From: Prorocentrum cordatum
Taxonomy: Eukaryota
Length of the DNA stretch: 55,969 nt
Reading direction: 5' to 3'
Assembly: GCA_963575745.1 (NCBI GenBank)
Contig: CAUYUJ010000121.1
Coordinates: 62,001 to 117,969 of the forward strand
The position numbers and the translations under genes are program-made. Every line of letters begins with the position of its first letter. Positions within the stretch are counted from its first letter, which is position 1. The notes below the pieces were generated by a model. The model was not told the origin of the DNA. It worked only from the letters and a program-made list of their open reading frames with translations, and ran no database searches. Below, one piece after another: positions 37,744-51,638 of this stretch.

Positions 37744-39237
37744 TTTCCCAACCATCCTGTGGTGTTGGGTCCTCGTTTTGAAGAGACGGTCCGTGCGTTA
37801 CTCTTCTCCTCCTCTTCCCCCTCCTCCTCTCCACCGCCCGCATGCCTCCCCCACACCCAATTTGGCACACCCTTCACACGCTTCGTGGCCCCATAGGAAG
37901 CCCCACCGAAGGCCCCAAGCCACCGCCCGCATGCGTCCCCCACACCCAATCTGGCATTTTCGCCCACCCAGTACAGCGCTTTGGGGCCCCATAGGGAGCT
38001 CCACCGAAGGCCCCAGTGCCACCGCCCGCATGCGTCCCCCACACCCAATTTGGCATTTTCATCCACCCAGTACAGCGCTTCGGGGACCCATAGGGAGCTC
38101 CACCGAAGCCCCCCAATGGGACCGTCCGCGTGCGTCCCCCACGCCCAATTTGGCACTTTCACCCACCCAGTACAACGCTTCGTGGCCCCATAGGGAGCCC
38201 CACCGAAACCCCCAGTGGGACCGTCCGCGTGCGTCCCCCACGCTCAATTTGGCACTTTCACCCACCCAGCACAGCGCTTCGTGACCCCAAAGGGAGCTCC
38301 ACCGAAACCCCCATTGGGACCGCCCACATGCGCCCCCCACATCCAATTTTGCATTTTCACCCACCCAGTACACCGTTTCGGTGCCCCATAGGGCGCCCCA
38401 CCGAAGCCCCCAGTGGGACCGCCCGCACGCGTCCCCCACACCCAACTTGGCATTGTCACCCACCCACTACAGCGTTTCATGGCCCCATAGGGCGCTCCAC
38501 CGAAGCCCCCAATGGGAACGCCCGCATGCGTCCCCCACACCCAGTTTGGCATTTTCACCCACCCAGCACAGCGCTTCGTGACCCCATAGGGAGCTCCACC
38601 GAAGCCCCCAGTGGGACCGCCCACACGCGCTCCCCACATCCAATTTGGCATTTCCACCCACCCAGCACAGCGCTTCGGGATTCCAATCGGGCGCCTCACC
38701 AAGCCCCTAGTGGGACCGCCCGCACGCGTCCCCCACACCCAGCTTGGCATTGTCACCCACCCAGTACAGCGCTTCGTGGCCCCACAGGGAGCCCCACCGA
38801 AGCCCCCAGTGGGACCGTTCGCATGCGTCCCCCACACTCGAGTGGGCATTGCCACCCACACAATACAGCTCTCCGTGGCCCAATAGGACGCCCTACCGAA
38901 GCCCCCAGTGGGACCGCCCGCGTGCGTCCCCCACACCCAATTTGGCAGTTGCACTCACCCTTTACAACGCTTCGCGGCCCCATGGGGAGCTCCACCGAAG
39001 CCCCCAATGGGACCGCCCGCATGCGTCCCACACGCCTAATTTGGTATTTTTACCAACCCAGTGCAGCGCTTCGTGGCCTCATAGGGACCTTCACCGACGG
39101 CCCCAGTGCTGCCGCCCGCATGCGTTCCCCCCCCGCCCAGCGCAGCGCTTCGTGGCCCCATAGGGAGCTTCACCGAAAAAGATATTCACAATTGCGGTAC
39201 CCACAACTTCATATGGTTGGGTCCTTCGCCAAGATGA
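37744..39237 (+). mobile_element. HINE-like element, copy 3
   Basis: Same ends; about 99-100-bp tandem array at 37830-39170. Confidence 0.72.
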
Positions 39238-39240
39238 TGT

Positions 39241-39385
39241 TTAGGTCGGGCATGTCCTCTACAGGCGGATGTTCGAAGAAACGTAAAAGCGATCAAACAA
39301 ATCACAAATAGTAACACGAGCACGTCCCAATACTATGTTCCCCATTCTCGAACAGATCTCCTATAGAGTGACATGCCCGACTTGA
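39241..39385. mobile_element. MITE-A copy
   Basis: TTAGGTCGGGCATGTC...GACATGCCCGACTTGA. Confidence 0.82.
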
Positions 39386-41069
39386 GCATTTCTATTCCCC
39401 TCGCAACCGCGCGCCACGCATCTCCATCGTGAGACAAATGGCGGGGAAATCCAACGTCCTTGACGCCAGAGCCAAGCACCTGAATCACCAGTATGGCCAC
39501 CCGCAGGAGGCGGCACCATGTCGAGAATGGAACGCGAAAGTGGGGAGTTCCCGCCACGGGTGCGGCGCTTAAGCTTGCAGAAACATGGCACGGCACGGCA
39601 TAATTAACTGGGCAGGGTAATCCTGGTTTGAGAGGAGGGAGAGGATGTGGAAGAGGAGAATACTGAGAAGAGGGGGGAGGTGCAGGAGGAGGAGAAGGGG
39701 AGGAGAAGAGGAGGATGAAAAACACATGTTGCCTAGGACAGCAGCAAGGGCGTGGACACGCCTGAAATGTGGTCGCCGAGAATGGCGGGCAAGGAGGCAG
39801 CATACGCCGCGGAGACGAAGAGCCCGATCGCAGACCGATCGAGGCACCTCGAAACACCAGAAGGCACAAGCGAAGAAGTGTGAAGAAGACGATCGAAGGC
39901 GGTCATCGGCGAAATACTGGGGAGTGCGGGGCATCTTGCGGGAGAGCCCGCGCTGCCAGACCCAGGCAGTTGGACGACACTGGGCCGCGTCCCAAAAATA
40001 CGAGGGATGGCAGAAACCTGATGCCATTGCCCTCTTGAATACGTAGGAGTGGGACTTGCACAGAGGACGTGCGGTTGGGATTCGGGCCCTTCGGCCGCGT
40101 TCACACCTGGACGTGGACGAGCAACCGCCCTGCTGGGCCTACGGCAGCCACGCCAGGGGTGCTAGGAGGAAGAGGGAGGAAGGAAGTCTCGGCCTTGCGC
40201 GCGGTCTCAGTCTGACCTGCCGCTCGCGCCAAGCCGTCGGCCTGGCTCTAAGCATTACCTCGCACAGTCGTCTCGTTCATTCGCGATCCGAGGTGGGGGT
40301 AGCACGCACCGTGCAGCCTCTCATACTCGTGTATGAAGACCGTCACAATTTATATCAGTCCCTGGGCAGGGGGTGGTGCCCCTCGGGCCTCGCAAGAGGC
40401 CGTGGCCGTCTGGTGCTGCTTGCACCTGGCTGGCCTCGGAGGCACTCCACCTGCCCTGAGCGGTCCCCTCGGCCCCCGAAACAAATCTGGAAACCTCCTC
40501 GTACACACCTCCTCATTCTCATTGGGGGGCCCAGGGTCCCGCAAGCTCGGAAGGGGTGAGAAAGCTAGGAGGACCAGGAGGGACGACGAAGAGAGGGGAG
40601 GGGAAGGGCGGCAGCGCACAGGAACGCGGCCTAGTACACGCACAGGTGGGCGCCTATGCTCATCCAGGAGTCGATCCCCTCGGCGTCGGCGTACGAGTAG
40701 AGCAAGACTTCGCAACTCCACTGAACCAAAGGAAGAAAGGAACTCACGCCGATGAGGTCAAACCTGTCGCGCTTGGGAAGCTCGATCAATCACATATAGA
40801 ATAGGAGCGTCGACGACTCTGAGCGTCTCTCCAAGAACGTCCGATACGTATGGAAAGGAGTGTGGTCTTGCATCAGGATAGAAGCACGCGGTGACGTCTG
40901 GCGAGGGGTTACTAAGCCACGACCCTGTCGCAGCCTGTGCCTCTTCCAAAAAAAAACCGTAGTGACAGCGTGAGCAGAAACAAAGACCATCATGCATGTA
41001 AACGGGCGTTCCAGAGATCTGAATAGTATGAAGCCGTCGAACATTCCCAAAAAGAAAAGATGTTATGAA

Positions 41070-41475
41070 TTACTGGCTGGTCTCACGCTGTGCTTGTTCC
41101 CTCTGTCGGACTCGTTCACGCAGAGCTGCCAGCCTCTCTTCCCAGTGCGATGCTAGTGGTGTCCTCATCGTTTCTTGACTTTGTCCGCTTTCTTGCCTTT
41201 GTCGAGAAGCCTCTGAGCCAGCTGTTCGAGATGGCCCTGAGGAGCGGCCCCGAGCTTCATGCGCCCTCCCACGACCACCAGGCAGTTCACCACCGCCTGC
41301 TCGATCTCCAATTTGCTCATCGCCACCTCCTCTTGGCCGTTCACTACTGGGATGGTCAGTCCGTCCGCTATCGAGAACTGAATCCGTGTGTACTCCTCGT
41401 TGTAGCACTTGCGGAGTCGGAAGTGCCTCACCATCAAGCCAAGCTCCATGTGGTTCGCACCATGTGGTTCACACC
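41070..41475 (-). mobile_element. Possible LINE 3'-end remnant
   Basis: Ends in RLAALRERVRQRE, recalled as a LINE-like C-terminus. No catalytic motifs are visible. Confidence 0.3.
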
Positions 41476-41576
41476 TGAAGAGGGAGGAGAAGGAGGAGGA
41501 GGAGGAGAAGCAGGAGCAGGAGCAGGAGCAGGAGGAGCAGGAGGAGGAGGAGGAGCATGAGGAGGAGGATGAGGAG

Positions 41577-41607
<31 letters not shown>

Positions 41608-41961
41608 CCCATTCGTCGGCCCCACCACGGTCGGGCCACTGTCCCTCAAGGACCCCCCTCCCCACACCTACACGGTGGCGAAGGGGGGGGGGCGAGGGGG
41701 ACGGCCGCACCCGCCCCGCGGGACAAAGGTCGCCAGCGAGCGAGCGGAGGCCGAGAGGCAGGCAGAGGGGGCGGGCGGGAGGCGCACAAGCGCCTCAGGC
41801 CCTCCCCCCAGCACCAGCACGCCCGTGTAAGGCCAGGACGGCCTTGTACTGGCACCGAGGGGAAGGTCGAGGCACCTGTGAGCCTCGAACAAAAGTCGGC
41901 AGAGGGAGCAGCACGCGGGAAGAGGAGCGTGGGCGGGGGAGAGGGCGGGCTGGGCCACGTC

Positions 41962-42046
41962 CTCGAGCAGCACCGTGCCGCCGCCCCACTGGCCCACCAG
42001 GTGCTCCACGGACTCCGGGCACGCCCGGTCCGACAGCCACTTGCCG
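41962..42046 (-). CDS. Exon B: GKWLSDRACPESVEHLVGQWGGGTVLLE
   Basis: Acceptor ccAG|C, donor GAG|GAcg, 85 nt (1 nt + 28 codons), GC3-rich, in phase with A and C. Confidence 0.78.
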
Positions 42047-42149
42047 CTGGTGCCGTCGTGCTTTTGTCTTCTTCCCTCTCTGCTCGTTTTCCCCCCCTCC
42101 TCATCCTTCCCCACCGCCAACTCGTCCCGCTGTCTCGGCAAGCCTCCCT

Positions 42150-42282
42150 CGTCGTCGTGGTCATCGTCGTCGTCGTCGTCGTCGTGTTCCTCCTCCTCCT
42201 CCTCCTCCTCCTCCTCCTCCTCATCATCATCATCATCATCATCATCATAATCATATCAGCATCATCATCATCATCATCATGC

Positions 42283-42363
<81 letters not shown>

Positions 42364-42667
42364 GCATCATCATCATCGTCGTCATCATCATCATCAGCAG
42401 CATCATCATTATCATCCTCCCCGTCCTCCTCTCCTCCTCCCTGCTCCTCCTCCATCCTCCTCCTCTGCTCCTCCTCCTCCTTCCTTCCTCCTCTCCTCCT
42501 CCTCTCCTCCTCCCTCCTGCTCCTCCTCCTCCTCCTCCTCCTCCTCCTCCTCCTCCTCTTCCCTCCATTTTCTCCTCCACCTCGCCACCTCCTCCTTTCC
42601 CACCGCCCCCTCATCCTCTTACCTCCGCCTGCCCGCCTTGTCGTCGTCGTCGTCGTCGCCGTCGTTG

Positions 42668-42729
<62 letters not shown>

Positions 42730-42810
42730 CACTTCTTCGTCCTCCTCATCCTCCTCCTCCATCTCCTACGCCTCTTCCTCCACCTCCTCCACCCTCACCT
42801 CCTCCTTTCC
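42150..42810. repeat. (CGT)n/(CCT)n/(CAT)n compound microsatellite
   Basis: Seen directly. Confidence 0.95.
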
Positions 42811-42927
42811 CGCGTTATGTTCCTCATGTATCCTTTTTTCATTATCCGCCACCGTGCCTACGCCACGTAATTAGTGGAGTGCTCCAAGTCCCATACAATG
42901 TTAGGAGATGAAGGGCTTGAGAGGTTC

Positions 42928-43678
42928 TTAAGTGCCTGTGCCCTCGGTTTCCCAGGCGGCGCTCTTGGGCGCTACTGGGCGCTACCGGGGTGTGTCGCAC
43001 GGGCCTTCGGGACGGTGACCCCGCCCAACAGGACCCCAAAACGGGCGAAGGGGGCCCAAGAAGCCCCAAGCAGGGTCCAAGAAGCCTCCGAGACGGCCCA
43101 AGGGCTTTCCAAGATGCCAAGATGGCCCCAAGACGGCCCAAGAGTCCCCCGAAACGCCCCAAGAGAAACCCCAAGAGGGCCCCAACAAGCGAAAATCGTT
43201 CCAATCCCCTGGGGACACGTATATCTTAGCAGGTTCGCCATGTTCGTCGTCACAGCGCCCGAGACGGCCAAAGAGGCCCCCATGACCAGCCCAAGGCCGC
43301 CCAAAAGGCCACCTAGGGGGGCCCAAGGCGGCCGAAGAGGGCCCCAAGACGGCCCAGAAGGCCCCCAAGACGGCCTTAGAGGGCCCCAAGAAGGCGCCCA
43401 GAGAAGTGCCCGAGGGGAAACACGAACGCACAGTCGGGCACTCCGCCCCACGAGGCCCCTAGGAGGCCCCAAGGAGGCCCCAAGAGGCCCCAAAGAGATC
43501 CCAGGAGGTCTCCAAGAGGCGCCCACGACGCCGCAAGATGCCCCAAAGCAGCCCCCACGAGTAATCAAAACGGCCCCCAAGAGGCCCCTGAGAGGCCTCC
43601 TGCGACATCCCAACGAACATCCAGGCCTGTGACCCACAACCCAGGCACGGTGGGGGGATGGGCCGAAGGCCATTTGAA
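42928..43678 (+). mobile_element. GGCCCAAGA element with subTIRs and 3' hairpin
   Basis: GTGCCTG (42932) / CAGGCAC (43642), then GGCC-GAA-GGCC (43661-43671). Confidence 0.62.
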
Positions 43679-46600
43679 ACATGTGTCCTCCCTGTCGCAC
43701 CCCCAGGCGTGTCGGCAGGGCGTGCCTGGCGTTTCGGCTGGGACTTCCTCACCATGCATGGCCCTGAAGCTTGAAATGTGCAGCAGCTTAAGGGATGGAG
43801 GACGGGTCGTTTTCAAAATGCGGTTCTTGCCCCAGCGCCGCGCGCAAGCGTATTAAAGGCTTGCAGCGCTTGCAGCGTTTCAAGGACTCGTATGGTGAAG
43901 CCCCAAGAAAGGTGTCCTGCCACGATTTAGGATTGCCGGGACGCAACAGTCACGTTGATTCGCGGTGTTGAAATCCACACAAAGGTGTCCTGCCACGATG
44001 TAGGATTATCTAGAAGCCCAGATCACGTTGCTTCGCGGTCTTCAAGTCCGAGGAACGGCGTTCTGGCACGATTGAGGATTATGAAACGGATGTATGACAG
44101 TGGGCACTTCCCACATTGCAGATAATTTCTAGCAAGGGCCTGTAAAGAGAGACCTTGAAGGGGGCGTGTATTGCAACATCGTTGATGCGTCTTGGATTGG
44201 CACTGATCCTCCTCCTCCTCCTCCTCCTCCTCCTCCTCCTCCTCCTCCTCCTCCTCCGTCTAAACTGCCTGTTCCTCACCTTGCCTCTGCCTGCCCCCGT
44301 CGGCTTCGTTGTGGCCCTCCTCCTCCTCCTCCTCCTCCTCCTCCTCCTCCTCCTCCTCACACGTCCTGCTATACTCCCCATCGGGAGTCCGCCCCGAACC
44401 TCAGAGCGGCACGCTCCCAGAGCTCTTCGTCGTCCTCGTCGGTTCGCACCAGCTCCCACCTGTGGAGTATCAACGCCGCTCCCACTGCCCAGACACCTGG
44501 GTGTCGGGAACAATCAAAGTAACCGCTAACCCGTGAGAATAAACACTAGGGGATAATAAAGTTCGGGGTTCAGGGGGAGATAATCAAAGTAGCCCAACAG
44601 ACCTCAGCATAATCTCGAAGTAAGAGATGATCAAGAGAAGCCAAGCCGAGTACGTTTTGAGACATCCTTGGCGTTTAGTCTCCATAGAAATATCATCAAC
44701 AATGGCTTATCTCGCTGGAGACATCCTCAACAAATCCCTTGGTTCGCTTGAGGCATCCACAAACTATTGCTTATTTCGCTTGAGACACCGTCAACGTATT
44801 GCTTATTTCGCTTGAGACATCCTCGAAATAATTGTGTTGTTCGATCTGCGTCTATGCGAACTCCCAGATCTGCGCGTCTATGCGCTAGCGCGTTCCTCCA
44901 CTTTCCTCCCTGCGTGTCCGAGCGCGAGTGAGCCTGCGAGCTCGTGAGACTGAGTGCGAGAGCGAACGCTGCTCTGCTCTCTGCCGCTCTCTGCTGCTCT
45001 CCGCCGCTTGCTGCTGCTCTCTGAAGGGTTCCTTCTAGTCTCCCTCCTCCTCCTCCTCCTCCTCCTCCTCCTTCCCTCCTCTCTTCTCTTTCCTCCTTCT
45101 CCCTCACTCCTTTCCTCTTATCTCATCATATTCTCCCAGCTCGCGGTGATCATGTGGCTGAGAAGAAAGACGTCTAGCCCCCCACACAAACAAAAAAACA
45201 CACATACAACACACACACACACACACACACGTCGTCGTGGCCACTCGCGAGGCAACGCGGCAAGCTCTGGCGAAGGCTGGAGATGGAAGCGGACAGCGGG
45301 CCTGTCGGGCCAGCTGGGCGGCGGCAGGGAGGCTGAGCTGACAAGATAAGGGAACCGCGCGGCACGACTCACGGAGGGGGGGAATGGAAGCCCTGACGGG
45401 GGCGGGGGGGGGGGCGGGACCATCGAACGGGGACCGACGTAGGACGAGGGGAACCGAGGGAAGGGGCAGGTCAAGAGGGGAGGTATCAGAGCTGCTCGAG
45501 CGCACAGCAGTGCAGGTGGGCGGAGGCGCAAGCGTAGATATGTGCGCCAATCAACACACAGAGACACACACGCACGCTTCGCTTCATTCTTCCTGCGAGG
45601 TCCCGTCGAGCGGGACGCGGCGGGGCCTGGGGAGCACCCCTGTCCACACCACCGCAGGAGGTTCGAGCCGTGCCTGCTATGTACCGATGGCTGCCACAGG
45701 AGCCGGGCGTACCGCATCAGAAGCACGCAGTACGCCACGGCGTCCTTCGGCCTCACCGGATGCCACCGGGGTCTTCTTCCCGGCAGGCAGGAACAGCTGT
45801 CCGTCCTGTTCCATTTTTCGAGAGTCAGATCCGGACCCGTGGGGGCCCAGGGCTAGGAGGCTCAGGGTCGGACAGAGTAGTGGAAGCCTGGACTCCCCCC
45901 AGGGGATGTTGCCGCAGCCCGGCTGCATGGAAGTGGAAGAGGAGGAGAAGGAAGGAGAAGGAGGAGGAGGAGGAGGAGGGAGGAGGAGGAGCAGGTTGCG
46001 GAGGAGCAGGAGGAGGAGGAGGAGGAGGAGCAGAACCAGGAGCAGGAGGAGGAGCAGGGCCCCCGAGGACCGCAGCCTGGGGCCCCAGGGCTGCGGCAAC
46101 AACAAAACGAGCCAGGAGCACTCCTCCTCCTCCCCTCTCCCCTCCTCCTCCTCCTTTCCTCCTCTGCCCATCCGTCCTCCTCATCCTCCCCTTCTGCTCC
46201 TTCTCCTTCCTCCCTCCTTCCCTCCTCCTCCTCCTCCTCCTCTGCCTCCTCTTCCCCCTACCCTCCTCTCTCTCCTCCTAACTCTCCTCTCATAGTTCCT
46301 CCTCATCGTCCCCTCCTGCTCCTCCTCCTCCCTCCTCCTCCTCCCTACCTTCTTTTCCTCCTCCTCCTCCTCCTCCTCCTCCTTCCTCCTCCTCTCCTCT
46401 TGAGTGCTCGGAGGTCCGCGCGGACTTCTGGGATCGGCACCGTGCCCCTCGCCCTGCCCGGCGCGCGCCGGCGGCGCCGGCGGAGGGCGCTGGAGCGCGC
46501 CCGCCGGGGAGGCCCCGGCGCCGAGCCAAGAAGCCCGCGCTAAACGCGCAGAGGAGCGGTGATGGCTGTCTGAGCATCTTCTCTGATGGGCCTATTTTCC

Positions 46601-46904
46601 TCCACTACCACCATCAGTTGGAGGGGGAGGGGGTCCTCCTCCTCCTCCTCCTCCTCCTCCTCCTCCTCCTCCTCCTCCTCGTCCTCCACCTCCTTCCCCC
46701 CTTCAACTTATGGTGGTGGTGGAAAACATGCCCATCATTCTCATCGTGAAGGGCTCAGGGTGAAGTCCAGATGGGCTTCTGCACCTTGAAGTTCAATCCG
46801 TCTCGTGGATCACCTTGTGCAGATTCGAGCCTCGAAGATCAATCGAAACGGCACTTTAGATTTCACCCTTGGCCCTCCACCCAAAGAAAATGCTCAGATT
46901 GTTA

Positions 46905-47065
46905 TCAGATCGGGCGTGTCCTTCTACAGGCGGATTTCGACAGAAACATAAAGAAACTGCCAAAACACAACTAAACAAAAATCACAATTGCACGACGAAT
47001 CGACACCATACTATGTTTAAACTATTCTTGAACATTTCTCCTGTAGAGGGACATGCCCGACTGAA
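46905..47065. mobile_element. MITE-A copy
   Basis: Diverged TIRs, AT-rich core. Confidence 0.75.
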
Positions 47066-47257
47066 TATGATTATCCCCCTACACAACGCAAGACCAAACC
47101 CCAGGCAACGTCGTGAATACTCTGAACGGCCCGGCCAGCCCAGCGAGAAAGACTGAGCGCCACGCGCGTACACAGCGACAACAAGAACAGGGAGCGGGAA
47201 CAGGCGGCAAGGAGCAGAGAGGAAGAACCGGCCGCACGGAGAGGAGCAGGAGCACAG

Positions 47258-47481
47258 GCCTCCTAGATGGGGTCCGAGCAGATGGGGCCGGAGGAGCGCG
47301 CCGCATCGCCAATGCATCGGCGATGCGTCGGCGATGCATCGGCGATGCATCGCCGACGTCGGCGACGCATCGGCGACATCGGCGTCGAGAAAAGCGGGCT
47401 TCACATCGAGCCGCATCGGCGATGCATCGGCGATGTGGCGCGCTCCTCCGACCCCGTCTGCTCCGACCCCAGCCAGGAGGC
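47258..47481. repeat. Foldback with internal 11-bp GCATCGGCGAT repeats
   Basis: About 50-bp imperfect inverted arms. Confidence 0.65.
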
Positions 47482-47615
47482 CCAGAACGGAGAGAAGCAG
47501 GAGAGCGAGAGCTCCGAGCAACTGCGCCCTGCTCCTCGAGTGGAGGGCCCGGGGCCACCACACAAGCGGCGAACAGCACCCCAGGGGACCACCTCCGGCC
47601 GGGGCCCGCTGAAAT

Positions 47616-47814
47616 TGTGGTCGGGCAGGTCCTCCTACATGCGGACTTTGGAAGACACATCAAAAAAGTAGTAAAGCAATTGTCGAAAGGAGACACATCT
47701 AAAAAGTAGTACAGACATTGTCAAACAGAGCTCGAAGAGCACGAAGCATCGCCCCGAAACTACGTTCTACTATTATTGAATACTCTTCCTGCAGGAGGGA
47801 GATGCCCGACTTAA
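47616..47814. mobile_element. MITE-A copy
   Basis: Diverged TIRs ending CCCGACTTAA. Confidence 0.7.
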
Positions 47815-47892
47815 CGCTCGACCTCTCCTGCGGTGGCCACTGGTGGCTGCGCCAGGCCGCTCCTCCCCAGCCGCAGCCCCCCCCCCCTACCT

Positions 47893-48051
47893 TGAAGTCG
47901 GGCCTGTCCCCCGTCAGGAGGAATGTGCAAAACTAGTCAAACATAGTCTTTGGACGATCTTGTGGGCATTTTCGATAATTTGTGCATGTTGTTTTGGCTA
48001 TTTTTAATTTCTCGTCCAAAATACGCCTGTAGGGGGACACGCCCGACCTAA
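47893..48051. mobile_element. MITE-A copy (reverse orientation)
   Basis: Perfect 8-bp TSD CCCTACCT on both sides. Confidence 0.88.
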
Positions 48052-49240
48052 CCCTACCTCCGGAGAGGGGGAGCCTCTGGGCAGGGACCGACCGTCCAGG
48101 CATTCCACTCCTGTAGGCCTACCACGACATGTTCGTAGAACCCAACAAATGCGCGAAGACCAAACGCTAAACATTATTTGAAACATGTGTCCTAGCACGA
48201 GGAAGCAACGACCCGCTGGAATCCGACATCGAACAGCTCTGAAGAGGTGTATCTGTCGCGGAATACCTCCCAGAGGTGGTGAACAAATGATCCTTAAACA
48301 GACTCGGGACTCGAGCGCACACCAGCGGCGGCACATGTGGATTACCCCACACTGCCAAGCCGAGGTGTTCTAAGAGCATGAAGCAACGTCCTTCGAACAT
48401 GAGAGCCCGAGGCGTTAACACAAGACGGTCCCAGCCAGAAGCCTTCTAAGAACACTGCGCGCAGGCCACAAAAGCTTCTTAGAACTATGTTGCTCCCATC
48501 CTACTTACGGACCTCGTCCCAGGAACAGTTTCGAGCACCCGGAAAAGTGTCGAAACAGTGTCGGGCGACTTTCTCCCAGGGCCCGGCACGTGAAAACCCT
48601 CGAGTTTCGGTACAGTCCTGGTGCCCGAGATTCCTGCTGGTGGTCGAGGCCAAGAGCAGGCTGGAGCACCAGAGTCTTAGAGCGTGCACCGGTGGGCCTG
48701 TTCGGCAAAAGCCAGGAGGCCTCGCCACTGCTCGACCCTCCTCTGGAAAAGGGGGAGCGCCAGGGGGGGGGCGCCCGGCTCGGGGGCTGCTGCTCGACCT
48801 GCAGGCGGCTTCCTGTCCGTTGGCACTCGGGTTGTTGTGGATGCCACGACAATGGACACCCTAACAGTCCTGCCATTGAATTTGACATGTGTCTAACGTG
48901 TCGGAAAAATGCTATAAACCTGTTTCAAGCTTGTTTTCTTACACGTTTGAAAGATATTCTAGACATCTGAAAGGGTTTGGCAGCATGCCTCCTCTCCATT
49001 GATCGTCCTCCACAACTCAGTGTTGTCGTTGTCCCTCGTCTCCCGTGCATCCGTCCCGCCCCTGCTGCAGAAACGACACCGAAACGAGGACGGCCCACGC
49101 AATCCCCCGGAACGCCGTGCAGGTCGAACCGTCGGCGCTGCGAGGCTCGAGGCCCTCGGGGGGTGCTCGTCGGGCCTGGACCGGCCTGCCCGCCTCGGGG
49201 TGCCTGGCGGCTGCGCCTCGCCGAGGGCGTTTTCCGGCCA

Positions 49241-49410
49241 CACGCAAGAGTGACCCTGGGCAAGAGTGACCTTTGGTGCGCGGCTTTTTGGGGGCCGCGG
49301 GGGGACCAAGCGCGAGCGCGCAAGACGCTACCACCGCATCGCGCTCGGCGATCGGGGGGCCCCATTCGGCCCGCACCAAAGGTCACTCCGGCGAGAAGTC
49401 ACTCTTACGT
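49241..49410. repeat. Inverted-repeat element (MITE-like)
   Basis: GAGTGACCTTTGGTGCG / CGCACCAAAGGTCACTC, plus outer AAGAGTGAC / GTCACTCTT. Confidence 0.6.
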
Positions 49411-49920
49411 CTAGTCGAGTTTTCCTGGGGTGCCCGGGTCGTCTCGAACGGCCGGCGGAGGCCCGAGTCGTGACGCCAAAAACAACACGGGGGGCCAACT
49501 CGGGAGGGGCGAGCATCGGCCCGGAGCCTGCGGCACATCGCCGACAGAGCGGCGGTAGGCCCCCCAACGGCGAAGCCGCACGTTCCTGGGCGGGGCCAGG
49601 GATTCGGGCACCTCTCGGCGATGAGAGAGCACTGGTGGGTCAAAGCACCCCTCCCTGAGGCCATCCCCCCTGAACGCTGCTCCTAAAACTTTCGGGTGAT
49701 GCTCGGCTCGCTGGCAGCCGGCCGGGACGATCTGGGCACGCCCGGAACGCTCTCGGCGAGGCGCAACTGCTGGACAGTACGCCGAGGCTGGAAAACCGAA
49801 GGGAGCCCGTGACGACTCCCGAAAACCTCCCCGTGACGCTGCCCCTGAGCCCATCCCACCCCTGAGATCTCCCCCGCCTCAAAACCTTGCCCCGGACGCC
49901 CCTGCCCGCAAAGCTCCGTC

Positions 49921-49999
49921 CTGTGCTGGTCGCAGTAGAGGCGCTTGCCGCTGCGCGTGAACGAGAGGCGCAGCCGCGGCAGCTCGACGCGGCGAACTC
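49921..49999 (-). CDS. Exon A of a large minus-strand host gene (DUF3638-like protein): xVRRVELPRLRLSFTRSGKRLYCDQH(S)
   Basis: Acceptor ccgAG|G, donor CAG|GAcgg, GC3-rich codons. Its phase-2 end joins exon B to give DQHSGKW. The LPRLxLxF motif is recalled from DUF3638-family proteins. Confidence 0.8.
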
Positions 50000-50296
50000 C
50001 TCGGGACCTCCGCGGGCGGTGGGACCACAACACAGCAGGCACGCGCGGCAGCCCGCACTTGCGGGTAAGAGGGCGAGGGCGGGCGCGGGGTGGGTCGCGC
50101 GCGGGTGGATCGTGGGTGAGTCGCGGGTTGGGTCGCGGGGTGGGCCGCGGCTGGATCGCGGGCGAGGGCGAAGACAACGCAACGACAACACAACAAGCAG
50201 CATCCGCCGGACGGGACGCCACTTCTGTCACGCACCCAGGGTACAATTCGCCGGCCCAACTGGCCAGAGGCGTGCTAGGATCTCCGGTCACTGGTT

Positions 50297-51247
50297 AACA
50301 ATAATAATAACAGTACTTCTAGTTTGCGCGCGCGGGGCGGCTCCTGGGGGCTCCCGGACGAAAAGTACCCCGACCAACCCCTGGACAGGTCCCTGGCAGG
50401 TCCTGTGAGCGCGCCGAAAGGGCCTCGAGACGCCCCGAAGACGGTCCAAGAGGGCTCCGAGTCGCTGAAAGACGCCAGACATAGCCCTCAGACAGCCCTA
50501 GGGGCCACTAAGAAGCCCCAGAAGAGTCTCAAGAGGCCCTCCAAGGTCCCAAGAAGCAAACATTGCGCCACTCCCTTAGGAATACGTGCTTTTTGGCATC
50601 TACCGTTTTTGGTATTTCACAGCGTCCAAGACTGCCCAAGCGCCCCCAAGATCGCGCCAAGAGGGCCCAACAGGCCTCCAAGATAAGCCCAAGAGAGCCT
50701 CAAGACAGCCAAAGAGAGCCCCAAGAGGCGCCCAGGAACTCCACATGACAGTTCGAGCTTTCCGCTCCAAGGACGCATCCGAGACCGCGAGCGGCTCCCC
50801 AAGAAGCCTCCAAGAAGCCCCCAAGAAGCCCAAAACGGAACTCCAAGAGCTCCCCAGGCGCCTGCCGAGAGATCCAAATAGCGCCGCAATGACAACGAGC
50901 TCTCACGCAAACGGCAGATAGGAGGCTGTATGGTGCCGAACCCTGCCAAATCAATCCCCAGAGGGTCCTCCGAGGCAATTTCTAAGTGTTCGCTGCCGAA
51001 GCAGCAAACACCTAGAAGCCCCGTGCAAAGAACAAACAATACCTCCGACAACTCCTCGGAAGATCCAAACGAATCGCCCCCAGACTGCTCCTCGAGAACT
51101 CCTTCAGCCCTAACATGCATCATTCCGAACAAAACGACTCAGAAAACAAAAAACACCCCCGCAGGCCCACACTGCAAACAACCACTCGGCCAGCCGACAG
51201 CGCTGCGACAATATGGGCCAGCGGAGTGAACGAAGCGATCGAATAAA
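50297..51247 (+). mobile_element. GGCCCAAGA element (degenerate)
   Basis: Minisatellite at 50410-50870; the 3' end resembles the other copies. Boundaries approximate. Confidence 0.45.
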
Positions 51248-51638
51248 TTACCTGTTGGCCCCTCACTCTGACGAAAACTAGTGTTTTAAGTATGAGAAAT
51301 CCTGGGGCACAGCTTTCGTCGATCTTTGAGTGCCCTAACTAGGTTGCCGCAGGGCTTCCGCTGGTCCCAGCGGCCACTTCCGTGCCACCTCCTGGCAGGC
51401 CGACTTCTTAACATATGATCCAGAGAATGATATTGTACGAAACCCGGGCCAGCTTCCCAAAAGTTTCTTAGATGAAGCCTGGGTCAAGTTCTGTCGTTGG
51501 CGCTCGAGGGGCGAGCGTGCTCAAGAAGCTGCGCCAGCGCTTCGGCAAGCTGGCCAAGAAACGCTGGCCCGGATTTTTTGCTGGGAGGAAGTGCATCAAC
51601 AAAAGAGAGCGTGATCCACCGCCGCTTTGCTATGGAAA

